Shown: positions 35,217 to 48,315, counted from the first letter of the stretch. The stretch is 64,000 nucleotides of DNA from Mobula hypostoma (GCF_963921235.1 NC_086100.1:199084001-199148000), one strand, 5' to 3'. Made by a program: numbers and translations. The notes: generated from the sequence alone by a model not told the origin.

Positions 35217-36655
35217 CAGTGCCTTCTAAAAGTATTCAGCCCCCAACCCTTTGTGCACAAATAACTCTTACAATCTGGGATTTTGATCAAAATAAATGAG
35301 ATTTTTTATTTGTGAATCATGCTCCTTTTTTCCACAGTAGAAACAATAAAAACAGGGAAAATTGTAAAGCATGAAATACTAAAAATTCAAGAACTGAAAT
35401 GTTAACAGTTCAAAAGTAGTCATCCCCTTTGTTCAGTACTTAGTTGAACCATCCCTTGCAGCTATTACAACCAGAAGTCCTTTTAGATAAGTCTCCATTA
35501 GCTTTGTACAACATGATGGAGCAAGATTTGCCCATTCCTCCTTGCAAAGTTGCTCAAGCTGTGCCAGATTAGTTGGGGAGCGGCAGTGGAAGGCAATCTT
35601 GAGGTCTTGCCAGAGATATTTGATTGACTTAAGATCAGGACTGACTGGGCCACTCAAGGACATCAATTTTCTTCATTTGAAACCACTCTGGCTGTGTGCT
35701 TTGGGTCGTCCTGCTGTAAGAAGAACTTCCTCCTCAGTTTAAGCTTTCTGGCAGAGGGTGTCAGGCTTTTATCCAGGATCTCTGTATTTAGCAGCATTCA
35801 TCTTCCCTTCAATCCTGACCAGATTTCCAGGCCCTCATGCTAAGAAGCATCCCCATAGCATGATGCTACCTCCACCATACTTTATAGCAGGGATGGTATT
35901 ACCTGGCTGATGAGCAGTATTAGATTTATACCACATGTACTGCTTAGTGTTGAGGCGAAAAAGTTCGACTTCAGTCTCATCAACCACAACACCGTCTTTC
36001 ACATCTTTATGGTATCTTTTAAATGATGCAAAATCTTGACAGGCAAGAATGTGCTTGGGCTTCTTCCTTACCACTCTTCAATAAACACCCGTTCAGTGCA
36101 AGGCCTTGGAGATTGTGAACTTTTGAACTTAATCTCCAGTTGTAGCCACTTGACTTCAGCAGCTCACTCAGAGTGACTGTTGGCATCACAGTAGCCTCCC
36201 TTGCAAGTGCCATTCTTTTCTGGTGACTCAGTTTAGATGGTTGGCCTGACTGTGGCAGCGTGGCTGTAGTTTCATATTTTTTCCACTTTTTCATGATGGA
36301 CTGCATTGAGCTCCGAGGTATGTTAGGCGTCTTTGAGATGGTCTTGTATTGTACCATTCCACAGATTTGTGCATCTCTGTTATCATCTCCCTGACTTGTT
36401 TTGAATGGTGTTTTGTCTTCGTTTTGGTTTGGTATGATGAAAATCTACCATACTGTTGGAGCTTACAGAGAGAGAGGGAGTATTCTTCTCAATTCATTGA
36501 AAACAGGTTATCTTCTTATTTTCTAAATTAGCAAATTGGATGAGTTGGTATGGTAATATACAATAAAATAGTAAATCCTACTTCAATAGATTTTAAATTT
36601 AGAAAAGGGGACAAAGTGCGAAAACAGCGGGGACTGAATAATTTTCAAGGCACTG
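35217..36655 (-). mobile_element. Tc1 DNA transposon with degenerate transposase
   Basis: TA TSD and TIRs cagtgccttctaaaagtattcag / ctgaataattttcaaggcactg. Motifs [27 protein letters not shown] and SPDLKSIKYLW. Confidence 0.92.
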
Positions 36656-38169
36656 TATCTATCTAGTCTTTTTTTGTTTTTGCACATTGGTAATTTGTCA
36701 GTGTTTGTAGGTTTTCATTGATTCTTTTGTAGTTTTTTGTTCTACTGTGAGTGCCTGCAAGAAAATGAATCTCTGGGTAGTATATTGTGACATACATGTA
36801 CTATGATAATAAATTTACTCTGAGCATTTAAGACTGTGACCATCCACCTTATCTGTGCCTGTCATAACTATATGAACTTCTGTCCAGTCTCAGCTTCTTT
36901 ACCTCCAGAGAAAATAGTTCCAGCCTATCTAATCTCTCCTCGTAACTCAAACACTCCAGTCTCAACTGCTGTTGTTGCTTGCCTTGGGTTCACCTGATGA
37001 AGGAACAAACGATTCCTTCAATGACATAGACAATGCTGGAGGAAATCCAGGGTATATTTAAAGTTGAGGGTGATGGGTCCTTGATTAGTCAGAGCGTTCA
37101 AAGATTGAGGAGAAGGCGGGGAATAGGGTTGATAGTATCAGCTATGATAGAATGGTGGAGTAGGCGTGATGAGCTGAATGGCCTACTTCTGCACCTATGT
37201 CTTATGGCCTAATTTAGCAAGTCAGGTAGCATCATTGGAGAGGAATAAACAGTTGATGTTCCTGGCTGATCATCAGATTCAGTTTCAGTTTCATTTAATT
37301 ATCACGTAATGTGTTATTTGCATTAACAACCAATACAACCTGAGGATGTGCTGGGCGCAGCCCACAAGTTCCATCAGGACGGGAAAGGAAGGGGCCAGAA
37401 GCCAGAATAAGGTGTGGGGAGGGGAAGGACTACAAGCTGGCAGGTGATAGGTGAGATCAGGTGAGGGGGAAGATGGGTGGGTGGGGGAGGTGAGATGAAG
37501 TTAGCATTTTGCTGAGTTCATTTAACATTTAGTGTGTGTTGCACGAGATTTCCAGCACCTGCAGAATCACCTTTGTAAATGATATCCCAACCCGTTAATG
37601 TGTGTGCGGTAGACTGAACCGGGTTCTCTGAATCTCTCCGTTCCTAGTTTAACCTCATTCATAATTGGTGGGAAGAGGATCAGCTTTTATTTAAAGCTGG
37701 GGACCTGTGGGATGCCCTGACTGGGCGCATGGTAATGTAGCGGCAGTGTATTGTTTACAATGCCGGCTGTAAGGTCAGGATTCATTTCCCACCGCCGTCT
37801 GTAAGGAGTTTGTACATTCTCCTCACGACTGCATGGGATTCCTCCCACATTCCAAACGTGCAGGTTAGAGTTGTGGGCATGCTATGTTGGCGACACTTGC
37901 GAGCTTCCCTCAGCACATCTTGGACTGTGTTGGTCATTGAGATGCTGGTAATTCAGAGCAACACACAACACTGAAGGAACTCAGCAGGTCCGGCAGCATC
38001 TAAGGAAAAGAATAAACAGCTGAAGTTTCTGGCCGAGACCCTTCATTACTCTGAAACATCGACTGTTTATTAATTTCCAGAAAGGATGCTGCCTGACCCT
38101 CTGAGTCCGCCAGTATTTTGTGTGTGTTGTTTGAGAAGATCTTTTCTTATCTTTTTTCTTAATTTGCAG

Positions 38170-39165
38170 AAGTCTCTGCAAAGGATCGTGATTCTGTCTG
38201 CACTTTCTATTCGGATGTCCTGACCCACAGCACTTCCATTACCTTGGGCGTGGAGACAGGCCGGAATACTCCCAGTCCGGGCGGGCCATCACTGGGGGTG
38301 GCTGAGATGAAGGGGCTGGAACCAGTTGTTAGCCCATGCCCCTCCGGCTCCAACGACAGCAGCACCTGGCGCCCAGTTCAGGCTCTGTTTCTCCCAAAGG
38401 CCTCCCTCAACCAATTGGACAATGCTGCTGCCAGTTCTCTGCTGCTCTACTCCTCGCCCGGCAGCAGGGGGGTGCTCGCTGCTCCTGTCGCAGATCCGGG
38501 TGGGATAGAGACCCCCCTGCCTAGTCCAGGGGGCTGCCGAACCTACCATCTCCCCTGCAACCGCATGCCTCGGCGTGATGACTCCTTCATCGGGTCGAAG
38601 ACACTGAGTGAGATCCGCAGGCTGCTGAGTGGGGAGAAGATGACGAATTCTGGCCAGGACGAGGCCATGGTGCTGGGGTATGATGAGAAAGAGGAGCCCC
38701 TCTGTCAGTGGGACCAGTCTGAGCCCCTGACCCAGTGGCCGGAGGCTGAAGTGGGGGCTGTCCGCGTACACCCTCCCACTGGCGGTAATCCCAAAGGTAC
38801 CATCTCTTCATTGCTGATGGAGATAGAGCCTGTCTCCGTGAGACGCTCAAGCAGGGTTGAGCCTGAGGGCTGCAGTGGGGCAAACCTGGGCCGTGTGGTG
38901 CCCAGACTAGATCCAGGGCACCATACCACAGACTCCTCCCAACTCACCACCACTACCTCCCTTGGTCAGGCAGTTCCTTGCCTCCCCGGCCAGCCCAGCA
39001 GAGCCTGGGCACCCACTAGCAACACTGAGTTGGGCGATTCGGTGGACAGCAGCCACGTGGACATCCCTGATGCCCGAGAGACCAACCCGCTGGCAGTATG
39101 CCATCCTGCAGCATTGGCGAGGAACTTCAGCCCTGCTGTACAGACCATGGACCCTACTATACCAG
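38170..39165 (+). CDS. alms1: ALMS1 exon 7 (...GSKTLSEIRRLLS...RVEPEGCS...)
   Basis: Long polypyrimidine tract + tttgcag| acceptor and CCAG|gtatag donor, phase 1-1. KTLSEIRRLL resembles human KTLKEIRTLL. Confidence 0.85.
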
Positions 39166-40616
39166 GTATAGCTCTGTCGTTGTTATTATTATTATTATTA
39201 TTAAAGGTACAGCATAGTAACAGACCCTTCCAGCCCAGTGAGCCCACACTACCCAATGATACCCATGAGACCACTTAACCTTGTACGTCTTTGGAACGTG
39301 AAAGGAAACTGGAGCATCCGGAGGTTACGGGGAGGCTGTATAGACTTTTTACAGACAGTGGCGGGCATTAAACCTGAGCTGCTGGCACTGTAATAACATG
39401 GGGATACTGTGCTGCCCCATGTCTACAAGGTCAGGTGGTTCAGTGGTGGCAGAGGGATGCTCAGTGTTACAGGCTGAGACTCTGCCTCAGGGTTGAGGGT
39501 GTAGAGGGTAGGTAGTCAATATATAGCAGCACAATAGGGTGAGACAGAGCTAGAGGAACTCAGCAATTCAGGCAGCATCTGTCCAGTAAAGCAGCTTTGA
39601 CATTTCAAATCAATCCCTTCCTTAATATAAACCAGCACAGGGTCGTCAGCCCACCATGTTGTGCTCATTCTTCTAACATACTGTAAAATCAGTCTAACCC
39701 TTCCCTCCATACACAGCCCTCCTCTTTGCTAATATCCGTGTGCCTATCTGAGAGCTTTTTAAATGCCCCTGGCAGCACGTTCTATGCAACCACTTCCTGT
39801 GTTTTTAAAAAAAAACCTACCTCTGACATTCCCCGCTATACTTTACTCCAATCACCTTAAAATTGTGCGCCTTTGTGTTGTGTATTTAGTACTTAAGTAA
39901 TGTTTGAGTAATCGTGTGTGTGTGTGTAATTCTTTGAGGAAATTACAAGCAGAGTAGACAAAGGAGATGCAGTAGACGTGGTGTACTTGGATTTTCAGAA
40001 GGCCTTTGACAAGGTGCCGCACAGGAGCTGCTTAGCAAGATAAGAGCCCATGGAATTACAGGGAAGTTACTAGCATAGGTGGAGCATTGGCTGGTCAGCA
40101 GAAAACAGAGAGTGGGAATAAAGGGATCCTATTCTGTCTGGCTGCTGGTAACCAGTGGAGTTCCACAGGGGTTGGTGTTGGGACCGCTGCTTTTTACAAT
40201 ATATGTCAATGATTTGGACTACGGTACTAATGGATTTGTGGTTAAATTTGCCAATGTTGCAAAGATAGGTGGAGGAGTGGGTAGTGTTGAGGAAACAGAG
40301 AGCCTGCAGAGAGACTTAGATAGTTTAGGGGAATGGGCAAAGACACGGCAAATGAAATACAATGTTGGAAAGTGTATGGTCATGCCCTTTGGTGGAAGAA
40401 ATAAATGGGCCAGAGTATTATTTAGATGGGGAGAGAATTCAAAATGCAGAGAGGGAGTCCTTGTGCAAGATACCCTGAAGGTTAACCTCTAGGTTGAGTT
40501 GGTTGTAAAGAAGGCAAATGTAATGTTGGCATTCATTTCTAGAGGTATAGAATATAAAAGCAGGGATATGATGTTGAGGCTCTATAAGGCGCTCGTGAGA
40601 CCACACTTGGAGTATT

Positions 40617-42686
40617 GCGGAACTTTTCTTCCGCCGTCTCTGTCTCCGAGCCTACTTCTTCGGCAAGGACTCTTCCACCCCCACCAATGACCCCTTCTCC
40701 CGTCTTCAACCCTCCTCTTCTTCATGGACACCCCGCTCTGGTCTTCTGCCTGCTCTGGATCTCTTTATTGCCAACTGCCGACGGGACATCAACCGTCTCG
40801 ACTTCACCGCACCTTGTCCCCATTCCAACCTCACTCCTTCGGAACGCTCTGCTCTCCACTCCCTCCGCACTAATCCTAACCTTATTATTAAACCCACTGA
40901 TAAGGGGGGTGCTGTTGTAGTCTGGCGTACTGACCTCTACCTTGCCGAGGCACAGCGACAACTCGCGGATACCTCCTCTTATTTACCCCTCGATCGTGAC
41001 CCCACTAAGGAGCACCAGGCCATTGCCTCCCACACTATCACCGACTTTATCCGCTCAGGGGATCTCCCATCCACTGCTACCAACCTTATAGTTCCCACAC
41101 CCCGCACTTCCCGTTTCTACCTCCTACCCAAGATCCACAAACCTGCCTGTCCTGGCCGACCTATTGTCTCAGCTTGCTCCTGCCCCACCGAACTCGTTTC
41201 TGCATACCTCGACACTGTTTTGTCACCCCTTGTTCAATCCCTTCCGACCTATGTTCGTGACACTTCTCACGCTCTTAAACTTTTCGATGATTTTAAGTTC
41301 CCTGGCCCCCAGCGCTTTATTTTCACCATGGATGTCCAGTCCTTATATACTTTCATCCCCCATCAGGAAGGTCTCAAAGCTCTACGCTTCTTTTTGGATT
41401 CCAGACCTAATCAGTTCCCCTCTACCACCACTCTGCTCCGTCTAGCAGAATTAGTCCTTACTCTTAATAATTTCTCCTTTTGCTCCTCCCATTTCCTCCA
41501 AACTAAAGGTGTAGCTATGGGCACCCGTATGGGTCCTAGCTATGCCTGCCTTTTTGTTGGGTTTGTGGAACAATCTATGTTCCGTGCCTATTCTGGTATC
41601 TGTCCCCCACTTTTCCTTCACTACATCGACGACTGCATTGGCGCTGCTTCCTGCACGCATGCAGAACTTGTTGACCTTATTAACTTTGCCTCCAACTTTC
41701 ACCCTGCCCTCAAGTTTACCTGGTCCATTTCCGACACCTCCCTCCCCTTTCTAGATCTTTCTGTCTCTGTCTCTGGAGACAGCTTATCCACTGATGTCTA
41801 CTATAAGCCTACTGACTCTCACAGCTATCTGGACTATTCCTCTTCTCACCCTGTCTCTTGCAAAAACGCCATCCCCTTCTCGCAATTCCTCCGTCTCCGC
41901 CGCATCTGCTCTCAGGATGAGGCTTTTCATTCTAGGACGAGGGAGATGTCTTCATTTTTTAAAGAAAGGGGCTTCCCTTCCTCCACTATCAACTCTGCTC
42001 TTAAACGCATCTCCCCCATTTCACGTACATCTGCTCTCACTCCATCCTCCCACCACCCCACTAGGAATAGGGTTCCCCTGGTCCTCACCTACCACCCCAC
42101 CAGCCTCCGGGTCCAACATATTATTCTCCGTAACTTCCGCCACCTCCAACGGGATCCCACCACTAAGCACATCTTTCCCTCCCCCCCCTCTGCATTCCGC
42201 AGGGATCGCTCCCTACGCAACTCCCTTGTCCATTCGTCCCCCCCATCCCTCCCCACTGATCTCCCTCCTGGCACTTATCCGTGTAAGCGGAACAAGTGCT
42301 ACACATGCCCTTACACTTCCTCCCTTACCACCATTCAGGGCCCCAAACAGTCCTTCCAGGTGAGGCATCACTTCACCTGTGAGTCGACTGGGGTGATATA
42401 CTGCGTCCGGTGCTCCCGATGTGGCCTTTTATATATTGGTGAGACCCGACGCAGACTGGGAGACCGCTTTGCTGAACATCTACGCTCTGTCCGCCAGAGA
42501 AAGCAGAATCTCCCAGAGGCCACACATTTTAATTTCACATCCCATTCCCATTCTGACATGTCTATCCACGGCCTCCTCTACTGTAAAGATGAAGCCACAC
42601 TCAGGTTGGAGGAACAACACCTTATATTCCGTCTGGGTAGCCTCCAACCTGATGGCATGAACATCAACTTCTCTAACTTCCGCTAA
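40617..42686 (+). CDS. Penelope RT + Cys-rich linker + GIY-YIG endonuclease (689 codons open, N-terminus truncated)
   Basis: Motifs IKPTDKGG, FYLLPKIHK, MDVQSLY, GVAMGTRMGPSYA, HYIDD, CKRNKCYTC and VIYC..C..C..LYIGET. The frame stays open 201 codons upstream of the track ORF start at 41220. Confidence 0.92.
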   Translation, partial: AELFFRRLCLRAYFFGKDSSTPTNDPFSRLQPSSSSWTPRSGLLPALDLFIANCRRDINRLDFTAPCPHSNLTPSERSALHSLRTNPNLIIKPTDKGGAVVVWRTDLYLAEAQRQLADTSSYLPLDRDPTKEHQAIASHTITDFIRSGDLPSTATNLIVPTPRTSRFYLLPKIHKPACPGRPIVSACSCPTELVSAYLDTVLSPLVQSLPTYVRDTSHALKLFDDFKFPGPQRFIFTMDVQSLYTFIPHQEGLKALRFFLDSRPNQFPSTTTLLRLAELVLTLNNFSFCSSHFLQTKGVAMGTRMGPSYACLFVGFVEQSMFRAYSGICPPLFLHYIDDCIGAASCTHAELVDLINFASNFHPALKFTWSISDTSLPFLDLSVSVSGDSLSTDVYYKPTDSHSYLDYSSSHPVSCKNAIPFSQFLRLRRICSQDEAFHSRTREMSSFFKERGFPSSTINSALKRISPISRTSALTPSSHHPTRNRVPLVLTYHPTSLRVQHIILRNFRHLQRDPTTKHIFPSPPSAFRRDRSLRNSLVHSSPPSLPTDLPPGTYPCKRNKCYTCPYTSSLTTIQGPKQSFQVRHHFTCESTGVIYCVRCSRCGLLYIGETRRRLGDRFAEHLRSVRQRKQNLPEATHFNFTSHSHSDMSIHGLLYCKDEATLRLEEQHLIFRLGSLQPDGMNINFSNFR

Positions 42687-43115
42687 GGCCCCACCTCCCC
42701 CTCGTACCCCATCTGTTACTCATTTTTATGCACACATTCTTTCTCTCACTCTCCTTTTTCTCCCTCTGTCCCTCTGAATATACCTCTTGCCCATCCTCTG
42801 GGTCACCCCCCCCCGTCTTTCTTCCCGGACCTCCTGTCCCATGATCCTCTCGTATCCCCTTTTGCCTATCACCTGTCCAGCTCTCGGCTCTATCCCTCCC
42901 CCTCCTGTCTTCTCCTATCATTTTGCATCTCCCCCTCCCCCTCCAGCTTTCAAATCCCTTACTCACTCTTCCTTCAGTTAGTCCTGACGAAGGGTCTCGG
43001 CCTGAAACGTCGACTGCGCCTCTTCCTATAGATGCTGCCTGGCCTGCTGCGTTCACCAGCAACTTTGATGAATGTTGCTTGAATTTCCAGCATCTGCAGA
43101 ATTCCTGTTGTTTGC
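40618..43115 (+). mobile_element. Young 5'-truncated Penelope-like retroelement (Neptune-type)
   Basis: 12-bp TSD cttggagtattg (40606-17, 43116-27), open RT-EN frame and a hammerhead in the 3' tail. Confidence 0.95.
42979..43016 (+). ncRNA. Minimal type I hammerhead ribozyme motif
   Basis: UAGUC-CUGACGA-A-GGG(UCUCGG)CCU-GAA-ACGU-C/GACUG. Stem I is UAGUC:GACUG, stem III is the palindrome ACGU, and cleavage is predicted after C43011. Confidence 0.8.
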
Positions 43116-44687
43116 CTTGGAGTATTGTGTGCAGTTTTGGGCTACTTATTTTAGAAAGGATATACTGACATTGGAGAGGTTTCAGAAAAGATTCACAAGA
43201 ATGATTCCAGGAATGAAAGGGTTACCATATGAGGAACATCTGGCAGCTCTTGGGCTTTTTTCCCTGGAGTTCAGGAGAATGAGAGGGGATCTCATAGAAA
43301 CATTCCGAATGTTAAAAGGCCTGAATAGATTAGATATGGCAAAGTTGTTTCCCATGGTAAGGGATTCTAGGACAAGAGGGCATGACTTCAGGATTGAAGG
43401 ATGTCCATTTAGAACAGAGATGTGGAGAAATTACTTTTGTCAGAGGGTGGTAAATCTGTGGAATTTGTTGCCATGGGCGGCTGTGGAGGCCAAGTTATTG
43501 GGTGTATTTAAGGCAGAGATAGATAGGCCTTGATTAACCAGGGTATCAAAGGGTATTGGCTGAAGGCAGGGGAGTGGGGATGACTGGGAGAATTAGATCA
43601 GCCAATGATTGAATGGTGGAGCAGACTCGATGGGCCAAATGGCCTACTTCTGCTCCTGTATCTTATGGTCTTATTATTGTTGGTTTAAATGAATTACACA
43701 TTATATGTACAAATATGTTAAATACATACATTATCATGCTACCACGTGATATGTGTTTGCCTCACTTAAAGTAAACACATAGTTAGACTTGCATTCCTGG
43801 ATTCCTATGTCTTCCTTTGAATTAGTTTAATGTTTTGAAGTTACAAATCATAACACCTTGTCTTTGCCATTTCCACCCGTGGAAAAAGTCTCTGTCTACT
43901 CGATTTTGATCTTCTGTGAAGTCACCTCTCATCTTCCTTCACTCCAAAGAGTAAGGCCCCAGCTCCCTCAACCTGTCTTCATAAAAGACGCTCTACGATC
44001 CAGGCAGCGTCCTGGTAAATCTATTTCCTGTCAGATTCCTTAATCTGCAGCTCTTGTTGTCTCCACCAGTTTACCCACCAGCTCTGTCACTATCTACACT
44101 CCTCCCACCCAGGGGGCAGAGCTTTAAAGTAAGAAGGGAGCGATTTAACAGGAACCTGAGAGGCAACTTTCTCACCCAGTGAGTGGTCAGCTCATGGAAT
44201 AAGCTGCCAGAGGAAGTGGCTGAGATGGGTACATAAGCATTTAAAAGACACTTGAACAGGTACATGGCAAAGTTTAGAAGTACAGGACTAAACAAATGGG
44301 ACCAACTTGGATGGGCAACTTGGTCAGTTTGGATTGGTTGGGCTGAAGGGCCTGTTTCTGAGCTGAATGAGTGAATACCTGTATCACATTGGGCCTGGTG
44401 ACATTGGTCCAGTAAACAGGAGGCTTCGTCTGTTGGAATAGTGGCCTGCCTTCAGAAACCTTACTGGAGGGACAAAAGACTAAGTCTGTAGACAGACTCT
44501 CTGCTGCTATTGAGGGTAGGCTTGTTCCTTTCGTACCAAGACATGATCTTAGTGTTTGGGGTCAAGGGATTTTGCTGTAAGGGTAAAAATTAAAGCATCT
44601 CATTGACCCAGTTTCAGATGTCTAATATCGAACTTTGCTGCTAAGAGTCACAGCCAATACTCTGTGGTGTCTTCTCTGATCATCCAG

Positions 44688-44818
44688 GTGGTGAAGAAAC
44701 AAAGAGATCAGCTCAGCCTCTGGACCCACTCTCAATGCTTGATGAGGAAGACCGCAGAAAGATTGAAGAAATCAAAGCAGAGCTACTTCAGAAAGCAAAG
44801 ACTTCCATTGGCCTCCAG
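44688..44818 (+). CDS. alms1: ALMS1 exon 8 (LDEEDRRKIEEIKAELL)
   Basis: catccag| acceptor and CAG|gtaggt donor, phase 1-0. Resembles human EEDRRKVEEIKAELF. Confidence 0.92.
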
Positions 44819-45492
44819 GTAGGTTTGAGAAAGCTCCCACCTTCAGGCTGCTGGACATTCATGGAGGTGTTTGATGGGAGGATACAGACTGAGAGCTTCA
44901 CTCTACACTCTGCAGGGTGGTAAGGAAGGCATATGGTGTGTTGGCCTTCATTAGTCAGGAGATTGAGTTGAAGAGCCTTGATAATGTTATAGCTCTATGA
45001 AACTCAAGTTAAACCACACTTGGAGTATCGTGTTCCGTTCTGGTCACCTCATTATATGGAAGCTTTAGAGAGGGTGCAGAGGAGATATACCAGGATGCTG
45101 CCTGGATTAGAAAACATGCTGTACGAGAATAGCTATGGCTTTTCTCTTTGGAATGAAGGATGATGAGCGGTGACTTGAAGTTGGTAAGATAAATAGATCG
45201 ACTGGACAGCCAGAGACATTTTCCCCAGGGTGGAAACGGCTAATACAAGGAGGCATAATTTTAAGGTGATTGGAGGAAAGTATATTGGAGGTAGTTTTTT
45301 TTTTACACAGTGGGTGTGCAGAAAGTTTTTTATATTTCCTGTAGTGGGGGAGTCTAGGACCAGAGGGGCGCAGCCTGAGAATAGAAAAAAATCCTTTAGA
45401 ACAGAGATGAGAGGAATTATTTTAGCCAGAGAGTGGTTAATTTGTGGAAATCATTGCCTCAGATGGCTGTGGTGACTAAGTCATTGGGTATA

Positions 45493-45810
45493 CGAGGGGT
45501 GGTTGATAAGTTCGTAGCCTAAGGTAGAAGGAGTCAATTTCAGAAAATCTAGCACATTTATTTTTCAACATAGTCTCCTCCTACATTTACACACTTAGTC
45601 CAGCAGTCGTGGAGCATACGGATCTTGGACCTCCAGAAAGTGTCCACAGCAAGGGTGATTGATAAGTTTGTGGCCGAAGGTAGAAGATGAGTTATACAGC
45701 TCTCGTTACATGCACATGCAGTTCAATGCTTTGAGTGATTATGCAGAAAGTCTGAAGTTAATAACTCATCTCCTTCTACCTTAGGCCACAAACTTATCAA
45801 TCACCCCTCG
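45493..45810. mobile_element. Mariner-like MITE
   Basis: TA TSD and TIRs cgaggggtggttgataagttcgt / acaaacttatcaatcacccctcg. Inserted in CR1 (about 44920-45970). Confidence 0.88.
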
Positions 45811-47819
45811 TATTTAAAGTAGAAGTTGATGGGTTCTTGGTTAGTCAGGGTGTTGAAGGTTACAGAGAGAAGGCAGGAGGGCAGGAGAATGGGATTAAGA
45901 GAGATAATAAATCAACCATAATGAAACAGCGAGGTGTAGACTCAATGGCCTCATTCTGCTTCTTTGTCTATTGCAAGGTGCTGCCAGGAGTGGTGGAAGA
46001 GGCAGATTTATTAAGGACATTTGACAATCTACTGAGTAAGCACAATGAAAGATAGAAGGCTATGCAGGAGGGAAGGGTTAGATTGATCTTAGAGTAGATT
46101 ACAGGGGCTGCACAACATCATGGACTGAAGTACCTCTTCTGTGCTGTATTGTTCTACTGTTGGTGTGTTTGGTGGTGTACGTGTGTACGGTTGAATGAAA
46201 GTGAACTTCAACTTGAGCTATGAGAATTCAGCTGGATAAAGCTTTGTACTGCTGGAGTTGCTCGTTCCCCTCAGGGAGATTTCTGCATATTTGGGCAGTC
46301 TTCAGTAAACAGAGGGGCAAGTCTAGACCTGACCTGTGAGAAATGTATGCAGTAGAACTGGATGTAGACCCAACCAGTGCAGAGTCTGCACCCGGGCAGT
46401 TACTCGGTGCTTCACTGCCTGCAGGGTAAGCTGCTCTTTTATTCATCCCTTTGTTTGAGTTTCCCAGTCCGTCTGCTGCTCGGTGTGTGCACTAATCCAT
46501 GTTAGCCACATCCACTGAGAATGTGCCGCCTTTGAAAGCTCAAAGTCAATTTATTATCAAAATGTATACGTTAGCATATGCTACCTTGAGATTTACTTTC
46601 TTGAGGGAATTTACAGGAAGCATAAAGATTATATAGAACATATATAATCCATGGGAGTGTTGTGGCAGTATAGCGGTTAGTGCGATGTCGTTACAGCTCA
46701 GAAGTTCTGGAGTTCGGAGTTCTATTCCATTGCTATTTGCAGGGAGATTATATGTTCTCCCTGTGAACGAAGTGAGTTTCCTCCATTCTAAAGAGGTACA
46801 GGTTAGTAGGTTAATTGATCATTGTAAACTGTTTTGTGATTGTCCAGCCTAACCCCCCCCCCATCAAGAACATATATACAGAAAGGTGGTGGGGAAAAAG
46901 GCAGTAACATCCCTGCTTTGTCCCACTGCCATCAGGGAGGAGGTTATGTAGTATACACGTCAGGACCACCAGACTTAAAAACAGTTACTTTCCCCAAGCT
47001 GTTAGACTGATCTACACCTCTACCCACTAACCCACCCCTCCACACCCCAACCATCACTACTTTATCATTTCTTGTCAGAGTCACCTTATGTACGGACAGT
47101 CCAGTCCCTAGCATCACTCTATGGACATACAGTCAATCTATGTATAGAAACCATCTTATGTATTTATATTTATTGTGTCCTTTATCTTATTGTGTTTGTT
47201 ATGCTGCATTGGATACGGAGAAACAATTATTTTGTTCTCCTTTACACTTGTGTACTGGAAATGACATTAAACAATCTTGAATTTACTCTCAATAATAAAA
47301 TATTTACAGGAGAAATGAACAACATAGAACACTACAGTGTGTGATTGAACAATGACAGGTTATTGGTGATGTTCAGTCTTTGGAACTTGGAGCTCTCAAC
47401 GTTATTGCTGTATCCAGGAGCATGTGCAACCCCTCCCGCCCCCCCCCTCACCTTTCCCAAAGTGAGTGTATCTGGGACTGATTTGGAATTGTTACTTTCA
47501 TTCTTAAAGAAGGTATCCAACTGTAGACTGTTGTTGTAGGACCTGATAGCTACCCTTATTCGTACTGTTTTCAGTGCTGTCTTGTTCTCATAATGTCTTG
47601 ATTTGCTTGTGATCTGTCATCATGGGTTAGTTTAGAAGATTGAGAGGAGATCTCATTAAAACCTATCAAATATCGAAAGGCCTAGATAGTGGATGTGGAG
47701 AGGATGTTTCTAGTAGTGGAGGACAAGAGGACACAGCCCCAGAATTGAAATATGTCCATTTAGAAAAGAGGAGGAGCAGTTTCTTTAGCCAAAGGGTAAT
47801 GAATCTGTGGAGATTGTTT

Positions 47820-48315
47820 AATATTATTTCCAGTGCACAAGTGTAAAGGAGAATGAAATTGTGACTCCAGATCTGATACAGCACAAAAAAAAACAATGTG
47901 ATAAGGAGCACAATTAGAATAACAATATAAAACACTATATATATAAAATATATAACAGCTTATATACATAGATTGTATGTCCGTAAAGTCTTGCTGGGCA
48001 CAAAAATGGTGTCTCTGACAGGAAATGATAAAGTAGTGGTGGTTGGGGTGTGGTGGAGGGGTGTGTTAGCGGGTGGACGTGTTGATCAGCCTCACTGCTT
48101 GGGGAAGGTAACTGTTTTTGTGTCTGGTGGTCCTGGTGATGATGCTATGTAGCCTCCTCCCCAATGGGAGCAGGACAAACGGTCCATGAGCAGGGTGGGT
48201 GCGACCCTTCATGATGTTACTGGCCCTTTTCCGGCACCTTTCTGTATATATGTCCTTGATGGTGGGTAGGCTGGTGCCAGTGATGTGTTGGGCAGTTTTG
48301 ACTCCCCGTTGTAGA
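47820..48315 (-). mobile_element. Rex1/Babar-like LINE 3' end
   Basis: Encodes LPTIKDIYTERC...THPAHGPFVLLPLGRR...NSYLPQAVRLIN. A + strand relative lies at about 46845-47280. Confidence 0.75.

Larger units (their letters stand above)
39930..43675 (+). mobile_element. CR1 LINE RT and 3' end, split by a Penelope insertion
   Basis: Encodes YLDFQKAFDKVP and SGVPQGLVLGPLLF. The RPHLEYC|VQFW motif is interrupted at 40617/43116. Confidence 0.88.

Noticed and set aside
10800..43130. Penelope target preference for CR1
   Set aside because: Three insertions fall in CR1 but at different sites with unrelated TSDs. CR1 abundance is enough to explain this.
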